From Bacteroidales bacterium UBA1680 (lineage in GTDB: Bacteria > Bacteroidota > Bacteroidia > Bacteroidales > UBA932): DNA of 64,000 nucleotides. The stretch covers positions 50,271-114,270 of the forward strand of contig DCKG01000017.1 in assembly GCA_002320605.1 (NCBI GenBank), read 5' to 3'. How positions within the stretch are numbered: position 1 is the first letter of the stretch; every line of letters begins with the position of its first letter. Below are positions 18,339 to 26,876 of the stretch, one piece after another. The translations under genes were made by a program, and so were the position numbers. The notes beneath the pieces were generated by a model. That model worked only from the letters and a program-made list of their open reading frames with translations, was not told the DNA's origin and did no database searches.

Positions 18339-19217
18339 CTAGATGATTTTTTGGTTCAGTTTTCGATACTCCAGGGGTGTCTGCTCGTATCGAATACGGA
18401 ATCGTTTGTAGAAATGAGCAAGAGACTCGAATCCACATGAATATGCTATTTGCTTTATGGGAATACTGGTGAGAATCAGCTGGTCTGCTGCATGCTTTAT
18501 CCTGATGTCGTTCACGAATTCTGTCATTGTCTGATGGAAGACCTCTTTTATTACTCTGTTGACATAATCCGAATTCCTATCGCATAGTTCAACGAAGCCA
18601 GAAGTACCGTTCCTGAAGCAATCAGTATTGTTGTAGTTCTTTATCGCAGAGATGAGCCATGAGGGGATATTTGAATAATCCTGCTCAGTGGCTAGTGGCT
18701 GTATGTTCCTCAGAATGAAAAGAAGGAGGCTGTCCAGCTGCATGTACGATCGCTTGAACCTCATTGTTTCTTCGGCTCTAGAGGAGAATCTCTTTATCAG
18801 TTTGTCTGAGACTGTTATGTGGAATGGCAGGATACTTTTAGACCAGAAATATCGATTAGAGGTAGGGAAGTATCTGTTCCGGTATATCTCTAAAGTGTTT
18901 GCGGGGAAAGCTATGTTGACAAGAGTGAGTCCGTTTTTGCTGCTTGAGGAGAAAGTGTGCCGGTCTTCAGGGCGGATGAACACTATGTCGTCGGCTTGTA
19001 TCCTTATCTTGTCCCCATTTATATAGTGGATGCCTATCCCTTTCTCCACCCAAAACAATTCCGCATAGTTATGGGAGTGGTATGAAATGTCATTCCTCGT
19101 ATTTATGCAGACCCTCGCTATGTGAAACACTTCGTCTTTGGATAGGAAGTGCTTGAGGTCAAATACGTCGCAGCCTGTTTGCTGGATTGGTTTATTAGCT
19201 TTTCTCATTATATTCAT
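18339..19217 (-). CDS. AraC family transcriptional regulator (cupin + HTH)
   Basis: N-terminal HSHNYAELFWV cupin motif; C-terminal IKQIAYSCGFESLAHFYKRF..TPLEYR. Confidence 0.92.
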   Translation of the reverse strand: MNIMRKANKPIQQTGCDVFDLKHFLSKDEVFHIARVCINTRNDISYHSHNYAELFWVEKGIGIHYINGDKIRIQADDIVFIRPEDRHTFSSSSKNGLTLVNIAFPANTLEIYRNRYFPTSNRYFWSKSILPFHITVSDKLIKRFSSRAEETMRFKRSYMQLDSLLLFILRNIQPLATEQDYSNIPSWLISAIKNYNNTDCFRNGTSGFVELCDRNSDYVNRVIKEVFHQTMTEFVNDIRIKHAADQLILTSIPIKQIAYSCGFESLAHFYKRFRIRYEQTPLEYRKLNQKII

Positions 19218-19308
19218 TCTTTACCGCAATGATTGCGGCGAGAATTCTAGTTGATGCATAAAGCAATCCTGTGGCTAGTCCTATTTCAGAGGCACAGGAT
19301 CCATATAT

Positions 19309-19316
19309 CAAAGTTA
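19309..19316 (-). promoter_or_regulatory. Bacteroidetes -7 promoter box for the AraC gene
   Basis: TAACTTTG on the minus strand matches TAnnTTTG. Confidence 0.5.
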
Positions 19317-19437
19317 AAAATAATTATCCAATTTCGCATACCGAGATTTTTTACGTTTTGCATCCGTTTGATTTCATTCATCGAAGTCTTTCCTGCGTGG
19401 CTTTGATCGGTCGAGAAAAGCAAAAAAAATATTTTTA

Positions 19438-19466
19438 TTTGACGATTATTCGGGCTATATTTGTGC
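19438..19466 (+). promoter_or_regulatory. Bacteroidetes promoter (TTTG ... TATATTTG) facing the small ORF
   Basis: TTTG at 19438-19441 and TATATTTG at 19459-19466. Confidence 0.55.
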
Positions 19467-19592
19467 AATTATAACTAACAAACACAACCAGCTATACTAA
19501 TCAAGATCTTTCTTTCGTTAAGATTCTGATTATTAGCTCCCATTAATTTAAGTATTGCACTGCCATGAATGTGACGGTGAGAATTGTGGATT

Positions 19593-19826
19593 ATGAAGGC
19601 TGATAAATACATAACAAGGAAAATGGAGTCTTTCATTGAGGCAAATCCTAATGCCAGGATGAAATACATGTATGATACTATCTTCAACATGCACGTGATT
19701 GAAGTCGCTTCCATTTCTCTGTACGAGAGCGCAGAATTTAAAGCTTGGCACGACGATCTTCTCTCCGAATTTGCGCGGAAATACCCCACGGAGGAAATAG
19801 GAGTGATTCTGACGGACTCCTTCTAA
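19593..19826 (+). CDS. Small hypothetical protein (77 aa)
   Basis: Natural-looking amino-acid composition (MKADKYITRKMESFIEANPNARMKYMYD...) and a promoter box upstream; no family recognised. Confidence 0.6.
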   Translation: MKADKYITRKMESFIEANPNARMKYMYDTIFNMHVIEVASISLYESAEFKAWHDDLLSEFARKYPTEEIGVILTDSF

Positions 19827-19951
19827 TTATCGTCGGCTAATGCTTGCCCCAAGCATCGTGATTCTTCATATTCATGGGGCAGATGATTTGGGTCAAGTCC
19901 AAAGCCCTGTGTTAAAGAATGAATGAGATCACCTTGGAACGAACGACCCCA

Positions 19952-20101
19952 CAATCCTGACCGTCCCATCTCGTCATCCTGACCGCACCATCCCGTCATC
20001 CTGAACTTGTTTCAGGATCTGTTCTTCACAAGCCTAGATTCCGGATCAAGTCCGGATGACGGGGATAAACGAGCCCAGATTCCTGGTCAAGCCCGGATGA
20101 C
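19952..20101. repeat. Cluster of GTCATCC...GGATGAC palindromic (REP/RPE-like) elements
   Basis: GTCATCC at 19973 and 19995; internal hairpin ATCCTGAACTTGTTTCAGGAT; CCCGTCATCC (19992-20001) pairs with GGATGACGGG (20054-20063); a further right half AGATTCCTGGTCAAGCCCGGATGAC at 20077-20101. Confidence 0.85.
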
Positions 20102-20816
20102 TGAAGAAGGATGAACTCGTTTTACCGTCATCGTGAAATGCAGGGCTGCCGGCGAGGTTGTGGTCGATGTGGTTGCAAAGTATAATCCATGTCCTCGCCC
20201 AGAAGGACATCAAAACGAGAAAAATGACATTTATGGGCGACGGTATAGTGCCACCGACTGGCTTGTAATGAAGAACTGCGCCGCCCACCCAGTTCACAGA
20301 AAGGGGGTTGGTAATGCGAATATGTGTCCTTGGCTCTTAAAATGAATGTCACCGTTGCCTACGATTGTGAATAATCACAACCTCTCTTCAAGGTCTCATA
20401 AAACCTTGTCGATGCTGCGAATAAAGAATTGCATACGTATATTCAAACCGTTCGGAAGAAGTGTCTTGCAAAGCGCTGTCGAGGCAGGCCAAAAGGCGGC
20501 CTCACCAAGGAAATAGCCTGGGGTTGTCTCGCAGAATGCTGTCGAGGCAGGCTGCACAGAGGTGCGTAGGGAAGGGCATGTCTCGACATCGAAGCCTCCC
20601 AAGAGCCACGTTGTCGACCGACACCCATTTGCAGAGCCTCCGGAAGGACATGTTCCGACAGCACTTTGCGAAATTCCACTACGCTCATCCTGTACGATCA
20701 ACGCCATCATTAAGAGCCGATTCAGTTCCTGCGTTCTTTGCAATTAGCGGGCTGGCAGTAGTGCTTCTAGGGATGCTATGTCCCACATTGCCAGCCCCAT
20801 TTCGGTGGAATGCTTG

Positions 20817-20846
20817 GGATGACGGGGAGTATAGTTAAGGATGACG
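20817..20846. repeat. Doubled GGATGAC right end, the mirror of 19972-20001
   Basis: GGATGAC at 20817 and 20839, 22 bp apart as on the left. The reverse complement of 20817-20845 matches 19973-20001 at 21/29 positions. Confidence 0.7.
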
Positions 20847-20892
20847 TGGTGTATTCTTAAACACAGGGTTTTTGACTTGTTCCAATGATTTC

Positions 20893-21447
20893 TCAAATTA
20901 GTTTATGCATTTTCAGTTGCTGCTGCAGGTCTCGATGGCCGGGGCAGACGTGTTCCAATAGGGCGTGGAACTCAGGGCCGTGATTGAGGTAGCGCAGGTG
21001 GCAGAGCTCGTGGAGCATTACGTAGTCGCGAAGCTCTGCCGGTATCCTCACCAGGTTGAGGTTCAGGTTGATGTTGCCCTTCGCCGAGCAACTGCCCCAG
21101 TTCGAAGAATTGTGCTTTATCCGCACCTGATTGTAATGAAAGCCGTATTTCCTTGCAAGCTCAGCAAGCCGAGGTGGCAGTTCAGTTTTCGCCTGCACCC
21201 TCAAGGCCTCAATTTCAGAGGCCGATGAAACATATTCATTGCCAGTCCTTTCCTTCTGCCGCGCCTGAGCTTTCAGCACCCAATCCCGCTTAGCCATGAA
21301 GAACTCCAGCCCTTCCCTATAGGGAGCGAAGTAGGGGAGAGTAACGGTCACGCCCCCTTTGACGCTTACCCGCAGTGAGAGCCTCCTAGTTCCCACGCGC
21401 TTCACCAGCCGTACCTTCCCAGCATATTCGTCTACGAATATTTTCAT
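20893..21447 (-). CDS. YgjP/DUF45 (SprT-like zinc metalloprotease domain) protein
   Basis: Motifs NWGSCS..GNINLN and YVMLHELCHL..NHGPEF. Confidence 0.88.
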   Translation of the reverse strand: MKIFVDEYAGKVRLVKRVGTRRLSLRVSVKGGVTVTLPYFAPYREGLEFFMAKRDWVLKAQARQKERTGNEYVSSASEIEALRVQAKTELPPRLAELARKYGFHYNQVRIKHNSSNWGSCSAKGNINLNLNLVRIPAELRDYVMLHELCHLRYLNHGPEFHALLEHVCPGHRDLQQQLKMHKLI

Positions 21448-21456
21448 GTCTTCTTA

Positions 21457-22761
21457 TTACATTCTGCCAAGTAGCCATTTCCATGCAGGAACGACTTTTA
21501 TGCTCTTATCTCCATGCCTTAATGTTGCTTCTTCATCGTGAGTTATAATGGTCATATCGTCACAGTCTGTTGCCTGTGAAGCCTTCAGAAGGCCAGAAAC
21601 CTCACGCTCCTTTGTCTCGGAGTTGTTGATGCTCCAAGACACTTGGATTAGGTTCTTGATTTTTCCCCTGTCTTCCAGAACGAAATCACATTCTTTGCCG
21701 TCTTGAAAATAAAAAATCTCCTCAACAGATGAGCGAATTCGACATAGCTGAAGAAAAATCGTGTTCTCAAGTTTAGTCCCATTATCGTTGCTTTGTGGAA
21801 GAAGGATGCTTGAATGAATCCCATTATCCATGCAGTAATATTTTTTCAGTCCTGATTGGCGTTGTACCAATGATTTTGAATACTTTGGGATTCTGAGAAA
21901 TAAGAATATATTACATATATAGTCTGACCATAGGTAAAGGTCATTCTTGCTGACCTTGAATCCTTGAGACTTCAAGTCGTTGAATATCTTGTTGATAGAT
22001 GTAGGCTTCGAGATGTTGGCAAGCAGTCGTTTAATGAAGTAGTTTACAACGCTTACATTCGATATTTTGTAGTGCTCGACTAGATCCCTATAGAGCATTG
22101 CAGTAAAATAGTTCTGGAGCAGTTCGATTTTACGAGATTCCGATTTAGCTAACGTGACCTCAGGGAAACCGCCAAAAATGTTGTAGTCATCAAAGGCTGC
22201 CTTTATTTTTGCGATATCGCTCTCTAAGTGACTCGTGTCGTCAATGCCAGTGAATCTTAGATATTCATGAAAAGAAAGTGGGAATGTCTTATATTCCAAA
22301 GGATAACCTCGTAACGCTGAGACAACCTCTGTCGATAGCATCGTGGCATTGCTCCCGCAGACAAAGATATGCTTGCAGTAGCTTTTGTAGAGGCGCAGGA
22401 CAAAATATTCCCAATCCTTTATCAGCTGAATCTCATCAAAAAACATATAAATTTCATTAATAGAGATTTCAGGGAACATCTCCATGTAAGAAGAAATTAT
22501 GTCGTCCAGTTCGTCCGTGCTCATGCCAACTAAGCGTTCGTCATCGAAACCAATCCATAGGATGCGAGTTTTGCTGACCCCGTCTTTAAGGAGTTGATTG
22601 ACCGCTAGTTCCATCATCGTAGTTTTGCCACAGCGACGGATGCCAGGAATAGTTATTATCTTATTCTCTTCCGTGGGAATCTTTATGTCACGTTCTATTA
22701 AATTGAACGGCATTTCGCTCTGTTTTTTCGCAATGATAAATTTTATAACGTCCTTGACCAT
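21457..22761 (-). CDS. AAA_14 ATPase with C-terminal DUF4143 (PD-(D/E)XK-like) domain
   Basis: Walker A variant GIRRCGKT, Walker B FFDEIQ, CGSNA, GGFPE, YCMDNG, KLEN, ECDFV..LIQVS. Confidence 0.9.
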   Translation of the reverse strand: MVKDVIKFIIAKKQSEMPFNLIERDIKIPTEENKIITIPGIRRCGKTTMMELAVNQLLKDGVSKTRILWIGFDDERLVGMSTDELDDIISSYMEMFPEISINEIYMFFDEIQLIKDWEYFVLRLYKSYCKHIFVCGSNATMLSTEVVSALRGYPLEYKTFPLSFHEYLRFTGIDDTSHLESDIAKIKAAFDDYNIFGGFPEVTLAKSESRKIELLQNYFTAMLYRDLVEHYKISNVSVVNYFIKRLLANISKPTSINKIFNDLKSQGFKVSKNDLYLWSDYICNIFLFLRIPKYSKSLVQRQSGLKKYYCMDNGIHSSILLPQSNDNGTKLENTIFLQLCRIRSSVEEIFYFQDGKECDFVLEDRGKIKNLIQVSWSINNSETKEREVSGLLKASQATDCDDMTIITHDEEATLRHGDKSIKVVPAWKWLLGRM

Positions 22762-22785
22762 AATTAATACGATAGTGATTAGTTA

Positions 22786-22848
22786 CAAATATATAAAAGT
22801 TTCCCTAAAAAAGGGAAACTTTTATAAAATCTTTCTCAAAATATGGGG
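22786..22848 (-). promoter_or_regulatory. Promoter of AAA ATPase 1 with palindromic operator-like sites
   Basis: Minus-strand TATATTTG at 22786-22793; perfect 15 bp inverted repeat 22792-22806/22812-22826 with core TCCCT-N5-AGGGA; degenerate second site at 22834-22848. Confidence 0.65.
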
Positions 22849-22872
22849 AAAAACGATCGTTGATGTCAATCA

Positions 22873-23847
22873 TTATTGCTGGTTGGCATCCGACGTCGTG
22901 GACATATCTTCCGCGGTTGGAATGACATCGCAATTGCCGTGGGCGTCGGCGGTTTGTTCCTTGGCGAAATAAAGAATCACCAGGATCAGGACTGCCGCCG
23001 CTATTGCGAATATGGTGAAATATAATGTCCTGGGCATTATGTCCAGCATGCTCTTGGCTTCCTGAACCTTCTCGCCCCCGAACTGGGACATGAGAACGGC
23101 CAGCAGGTTGTTCGAGCAGTGCATCAGCATGGTTAGCTTAAGAGAGCCTGTTTTGTAGTAGACGTATCCGAACAGGGAGCCGATCAGCAGCGCAGTGATG
23201 CCTTGCCAGTAATTGCCATGGATGGCGGCGAAGAACAGGGCGGAAATGAATATGGCCAAGGCAGGTGACATGCCTCTGCTGTTAACGTCTCTGCTGAGGC
23301 CGTCGTTGTGCGAGTAATTCAGAAGGCCGCGCAGGATGATTCCTCGGCACAGCCATTCTTCCAGCACGGGAGCGAATATGCAGGTCGTCACTATGCTCAC
23401 CCAGAGCGGACCATCTAGAATCGCCTCCATGGCTTTCATGAGATTGTCATCCATTTCAGGTAGAACGCTGTTCAGCAGTTCTGTCATGAAAGAAAGGGAC
23501 AGCGTGCCCAGAATGACTAAAAGAGCTGCGCCGAAGCCTCCTGCTTTCCCGAAGTGGTTGCTGTCCAAGGCATAGCCTCTGTCAAACATTGAGTTCTGGC
23601 TGCTTTTGAGCCTTACGAAAATGAAAACTGGAATGAACTGGACCGGATACATTATGAGCATCATGTAACTCATCTTGAAGCCCGGCAAAAACAAATTAAA
23701 ACATAAGACGACGATTCCGGCGAGGATCATTCCAACTATGAACCACCCTAAGACAGCGAATAGCCCGCCTACTGACGGCGTGTACCACGAGCAAGCCGAG
23801 AGCAGGTCGTAGTTCTTCTGGACTGGTCTATTCTTGAAAAATGACAT
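22873..23847 (-). CDS. CPBP (CAAX/Abi) intramembrane metalloprotease
   Basis: Motifs EEWLCRG, FAAIH and MHCSNN; multiple hydrophobic helices. Confidence 0.9.
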   Translation of the reverse strand: MSFFKNRPVQKNYDLLSACSWYTPSVGGLFAVLGWFIVGMILAGIVVLCFNLFLPGFKMSYMMLIMYPVQFIPVFIFVRLKSSQNSMFDRGYALDSNHFGKAGGFGAALLVILGTLSLSFMTELLNSVLPEMDDNLMKAMEAILDGPLWVSIVTTCIFAPVLEEWLCRGIILRGLLNYSHNDGLSRDVNSRGMSPALAIFISALFFAAIHGNYWQGITALLIGSLFGYVYYKTGSLKLTMLMHCSNNLLAVLMSQFGGEKVQEAKSMLDIMPRTLYFTIFAIAAAVLILVILYFAKEQTADAHGNCDVIPTAEDMSTTSDANQQ

Positions 23848-23931
23848 ATTCCTGAAAAAAATTAAAAATCTGCCAGCAACGGCTTGCCCGCTACCGGCAG
23901 ATGAGATATATCCATTAATATATTAAATATA

Positions 23932-24870
23932 TTACTTCTTCCAGAGCGGGGTAGGGTATATTCCTTTATCCACCAGTTCTTTGAATTTGGCAACCACTCC
24001 TGGGCGGTCCTCCTTGTAGGTGACTCCGAACCAATGAGAGTCGGTCGAAAGCACCTCACATTTGTAGCCATCCTCCTTCATCATCACGTCCACTGCATAT
24101 GGAATGTAGAATTCCTTCTTCAGTTCGTTGATGTTCTCGCTGAGGAATCTGTCGAAGACTCCCTCGCTCAGGGTGAAATAGTCTGGAGTGAAGCCCCACA
24201 TATTCATAGAGCAGAGTGCCTTAGCGTCAAGCTCGATATGCGTCTGGCCAGTGACAGTGTCGTCGCCATAAACTTTCCCGTCGGCTTCCTTACCAACGTT
24301 CACGTGCTCTGCCACTCCGGTAAGGTGCTGGGAAGCATCGTAGTAGCATATCCCTCTGGAGACTTTTCCATTCTCGGAGAGGGTGTGGTCAAGCTCGAAG
24401 CCCACTATGCTGCATGTTCCTTTAGAGTTTTCATGAGCCTTAAGCCAGCCGGCTATGGTCTTGAAAGAATCTTTTCCGTAGAAGTCGTCGCCATTGATGA
24501 CTGCGAATGGCTCGTGTATGACATCTTTTGCCATGAGCACAGCGTGAGCCGTCCCCCAAGGTTTCTGTCTTTCAGGGTTCAGCGTGTATTTGGATGGAAT
24601 CTTGTTGAGCTCCTGAATCACGAAATCGAACTCCAGCGGGGTGCCGTCAGGGCATTTCACGCCAGAGTATTTCTGCCTCACTGTTTCTTCGAACTCATCC
24701 TTGAAATATTGCCTGACTATGTAGACAACCTTTCCGAATCCAGCATTAACTGCATCGTAGATAGAATAATCGATGATAGTCTCTCCGCTAGGGCCGAGGC
24801 CGTCCATTTGTTTTAATCCGCCATAACGGCTGCCCATTCCTGCAGCCAAGACGAGAAGCGTAGGTTTCAT
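23932..24870 (-). CDS. Sugar-phosphate nucleotidyltransferase family protein
   Basis: Motifs LAAGMGSRYGGLKQ, KPWGTAHA and VINGDDFYG. Confidence 0.88.
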   Translation of the reverse strand: MKPTLLVLAAGMGSRYGGLKQMDGLGPSGETIIDYSIYDAVNAGFGKVVYIVRQYFKDEFEETVRQKYSGVKCPDGTPLEFDFVIQELNKIPSKYTLNPERQKPWGTAHAVLMAKDVIHEPFAVINGDDFYGKDSFKTIAGWLKAHENSKGTCSIVGFELDHTLSENGKVSRGICYYDASQHLTGVAEHVNVGKEADGKVYGDDTVTGQTHIELDAKALCSMNMWGFTPDYFTLSEGVFDRFLSENINELKKEFYIPYAVDVMMKEDGYKCEVLSTDSHWFGVTYKEDRPGVVAKFKELVDKGIYPTPLWKK

Positions 24871-24899
24871 TGGCTTGTGATTTTATTATCTAGTTTCCG

Positions 24900-24917
24900 C
24901 AAATTTAGTTATTTTTG
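24900..24917. promoter_or_regulatory. Back-to-back divergent -7 boxes
   Basis: Minus-strand TAAATTTG at 24900-24907 and plus-strand TATTTTTG at 24910-24917. Confidence 0.55.
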
Positions 24918-24937
24918 CGCAAATAACCTTCGTAATC

Positions 24938-25270
24938 GTGGGAAAGTTCAAAGACATTTGGGACAAAGATAAAGACGGCTCGAACGCTGAAAAACGCTCT
25001 TTCGTGCGATATGCGATAGTGGCAACGGTTGTTTTCGTCATCCTAGTCGGATTCCTGAACAAGAATAATCTAGTGCGCTGGATTCGGTCTGGAATAGAAA
25101 TCCAGCAGCAAGGGCGTCAGATTAAGGAATATGAGGCCGACATAAAAGATATGGAGGATAAGATCAATGGCCTGACGACAAGCAAGGACTCCTTGGAGGA
25201 ATATGCCCGCGAGAACTTTAATTTCGCCGAGCCTGGCGATGACGTGTACATTCTAGAAGACGAAAAATAA
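24938..25270 (+). CDS. Septum formation initiator (FtsB/DivIC family)
   Basis: One TM helix, a coiled coil, and LEEYARENFNFAEPGDDVYI. Confidence 0.85.
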   Translation: MGKFKDIWDKDKDGSNAEKRSFVRYAIVATVVFVILVGFLNKNNLVRWIRSGIEIQQQGRQIKEYEADIKDMEDKINGLTTSKDSLEEYARENFNFAEPGDDVYILEDEK

Positions 25271-25436
25271 GAAGCTGTTTTGAAATGTTTGCCGCAGTTA
25301 TTCATAGGGATTTTTCGAGACAGTTTCAATTGCTGAAGAGGAAGCATAGCGGTAGCTATGTGACCGATGAAGCAGAAGAAAATGGCCGAAAAGGCACATA
25401 AAGAACAAGAGTGAATATTTCAAAACAGCTTCTAAT

Positions 25437-26798
25437 ATGGAATTGAATTCTTTAACGGCGGTCTCTCCCATCGATGGGCGTTATGCCTCGAAGACAGAGG
25501 CCTTGAGGCAGTATTTCAGTGAATATGCTTTCATCCGCAATAGGGTGAGGGTTGAGGTTGAATATTTCATCGCTCTTTGCGAGATTCCTCTGCCGCAGCT
25601 CGCTGACTTCGGGGAGGGGAGCGGCTTTTCAAAGGAAGAGCTCTTTTCGAAATTGCGTTCGCTATATACGAATATGCAGCCTTCCGATGCCGTGCGAGTT
25701 AAGGAAATAGAGAAAATCACGAACCACGACGTGAAGGCAGTGGAATATTATATTAAGGAGCAATTCAAGGCTTTAGGAATATCCCGATGGCAGGAGTTCG
25801 TGCACTTCGGGCTTACTTCGCAGGACATCAACAACACGGCCCAGCCGCTGATGCTGAAGGAAGCTATTGAAAATGAATATATTCCTAGACTGTCCGAGGT
25901 GGTTTCCGCAATGGAGGCGGATGCGCAGGAGTGGGAGGACGTGCCGATGCTGGCGAAGACTCACGGGCAGCCTGCGACGCCGACCCGCCTGGGGAAGGAG
26001 TTCGAGGTGTTCGTGGTGCGTTTGCGCGAGCAGATGAGGCAGCTTTCGGAGCTTTCCTATCCTGCCAAATTCGGTGGGGCTACGGGGAATATGAATGCCC
26101 ACAAGGTCGCTTATCCTTCTGTAGACTGGGTTGCCTTCGGGGACGAATTCGTGACTTCGCTGGGGCTGAAGCGGTCTTTCCCCACGACGCAGATTGACCA
26201 CTATGACAATCTTGCCGCAATTTTCGATTGCCTTCGGAGAATAAATACTGTTCTCATTGACTTTTGCAGGGATGTCTGGACTTATATTTCCATGGAATAT
26301 TTCCACCAGCAGGTGGCGAAGAACGAGGTTGGATCTTCTGCCATGCCACATAAAGTGAATCCGATTGATTTCGAAAACGCTGAAGGGAATCTCGGGATGG
26401 CGGATGCCGTGCTTACATTCCTTTCTATGAAGCTTCCGATTTCTCGTCTGCAGAGGGACCTGACCGATTCCACCGTGCAGAGGAACGTGGGCGTGCCGAT
26501 TGCCCATGGGCTGATTGCTTTGGCTTCGTTGAAGAAAGGACTCGGAAAGCTGATTCTTAATCGTGCTGCCATCGATGCCGACCTGCATCGCAACTGGGCT
26601 GTAGTTGCCGAGGCCATTCAGACCATCCTCCGCCGCGAGAACTATCCGAACCCGTACGAGACGCTGAAGAATCTCACGCGCACCGGTGCTGCAATCGACG
26701 AGTCCACCATATCTAATTTCATAGATTCTCTGGACGTCTCCGATTCCGTCAAGGCAGAGCTCCACGCCATCACCCCTTGGAACTACACCGGCTTCTAG
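25437..26798 (+). CDS. purB: Adenylosuccinate lyase
   Basis: Motifs SPIDGRY, TNHDVKAVEY, HFGLTSQDIN, KTHGQPATPT and SSAMPHKVNPIDFEN. Confidence 0.97.
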   Translation: MELNSLTAVSPIDGRYASKTEALRQYFSEYAFIRNRVRVEVEYFIALCEIPLPQLADFGEGSGFSKEELFSKLRSLYTNMQPSDAVRVKEIEKITNHDVKAVEYYIKEQFKALGISRWQEFVHFGLTSQDINNTAQPLMLKEAIENEYIPRLSEVVSAMEADAQEWEDVPMLAKTHGQPATPTRLGKEFEVFVVRLREQMRQLSELSYPAKFGGATGNMNAHKVAYPSVDWVAFGDEFVTSLGLKRSFPTTQIDHYDNLAAIFDCLRRINTVLIDFCRDVWTYISMEYFHQQVAKNEVGSSAMPHKVNPIDFENAEGNLGMADAVLTFLSMKLPISRLQRDLTDSTVQRNVGVPIAHGLIALASLKKGLGKLILNRAAIDADLHRNWAVVAEAIQTILRRENYPNPYETLKNLTRTGAAIDESTISNFIDSLDVSDSVKAELHAITPWNYTGF

Positions 26799-26804
26799 GC
26801 TGAT

Positions 26805-26876
26805 GCCACCCTGAACGACCCTGCCCTCGTCATCCTGAACTTGATTCAGGATCTGTTTTTCGCAAACCTAGAATCT
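26805..26876. repeat. Truncated copy of the GTCATCC palindromic element
   Basis: CGTCATCCTGAACTTGATTCAGGATCTGTTTTTCGCAAACCTAGA is near-identical to the copy starting at 19994; the right GGATGAC half is missing. Confidence 0.85.

Noticed and set aside
19475-19789. 104-aa minus-strand ORF
   Set aside because: It is antisense to the better-supported 77-aa ORF, which has its own promoter box.
19952-20101. CRISPR array
   Set aside because: The repeats are palindromic halves in both orientations with irregular short spacing; there is no constant repeat-spacer period and no cas genes.
20749-20798. tmRNA or other known structured RNA starting GGGGCTG on the minus strand
   Set aside because: No T-arm-like GTTCGA or tRNA-like 3' end; only a local hairpin.
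20128-20838. Overlapping short ORFs on both strands (70-125 aa)
   Set aside because: No recognisable family motifs and mutually overlapping frames; treated as non-coding or decayed sequence.
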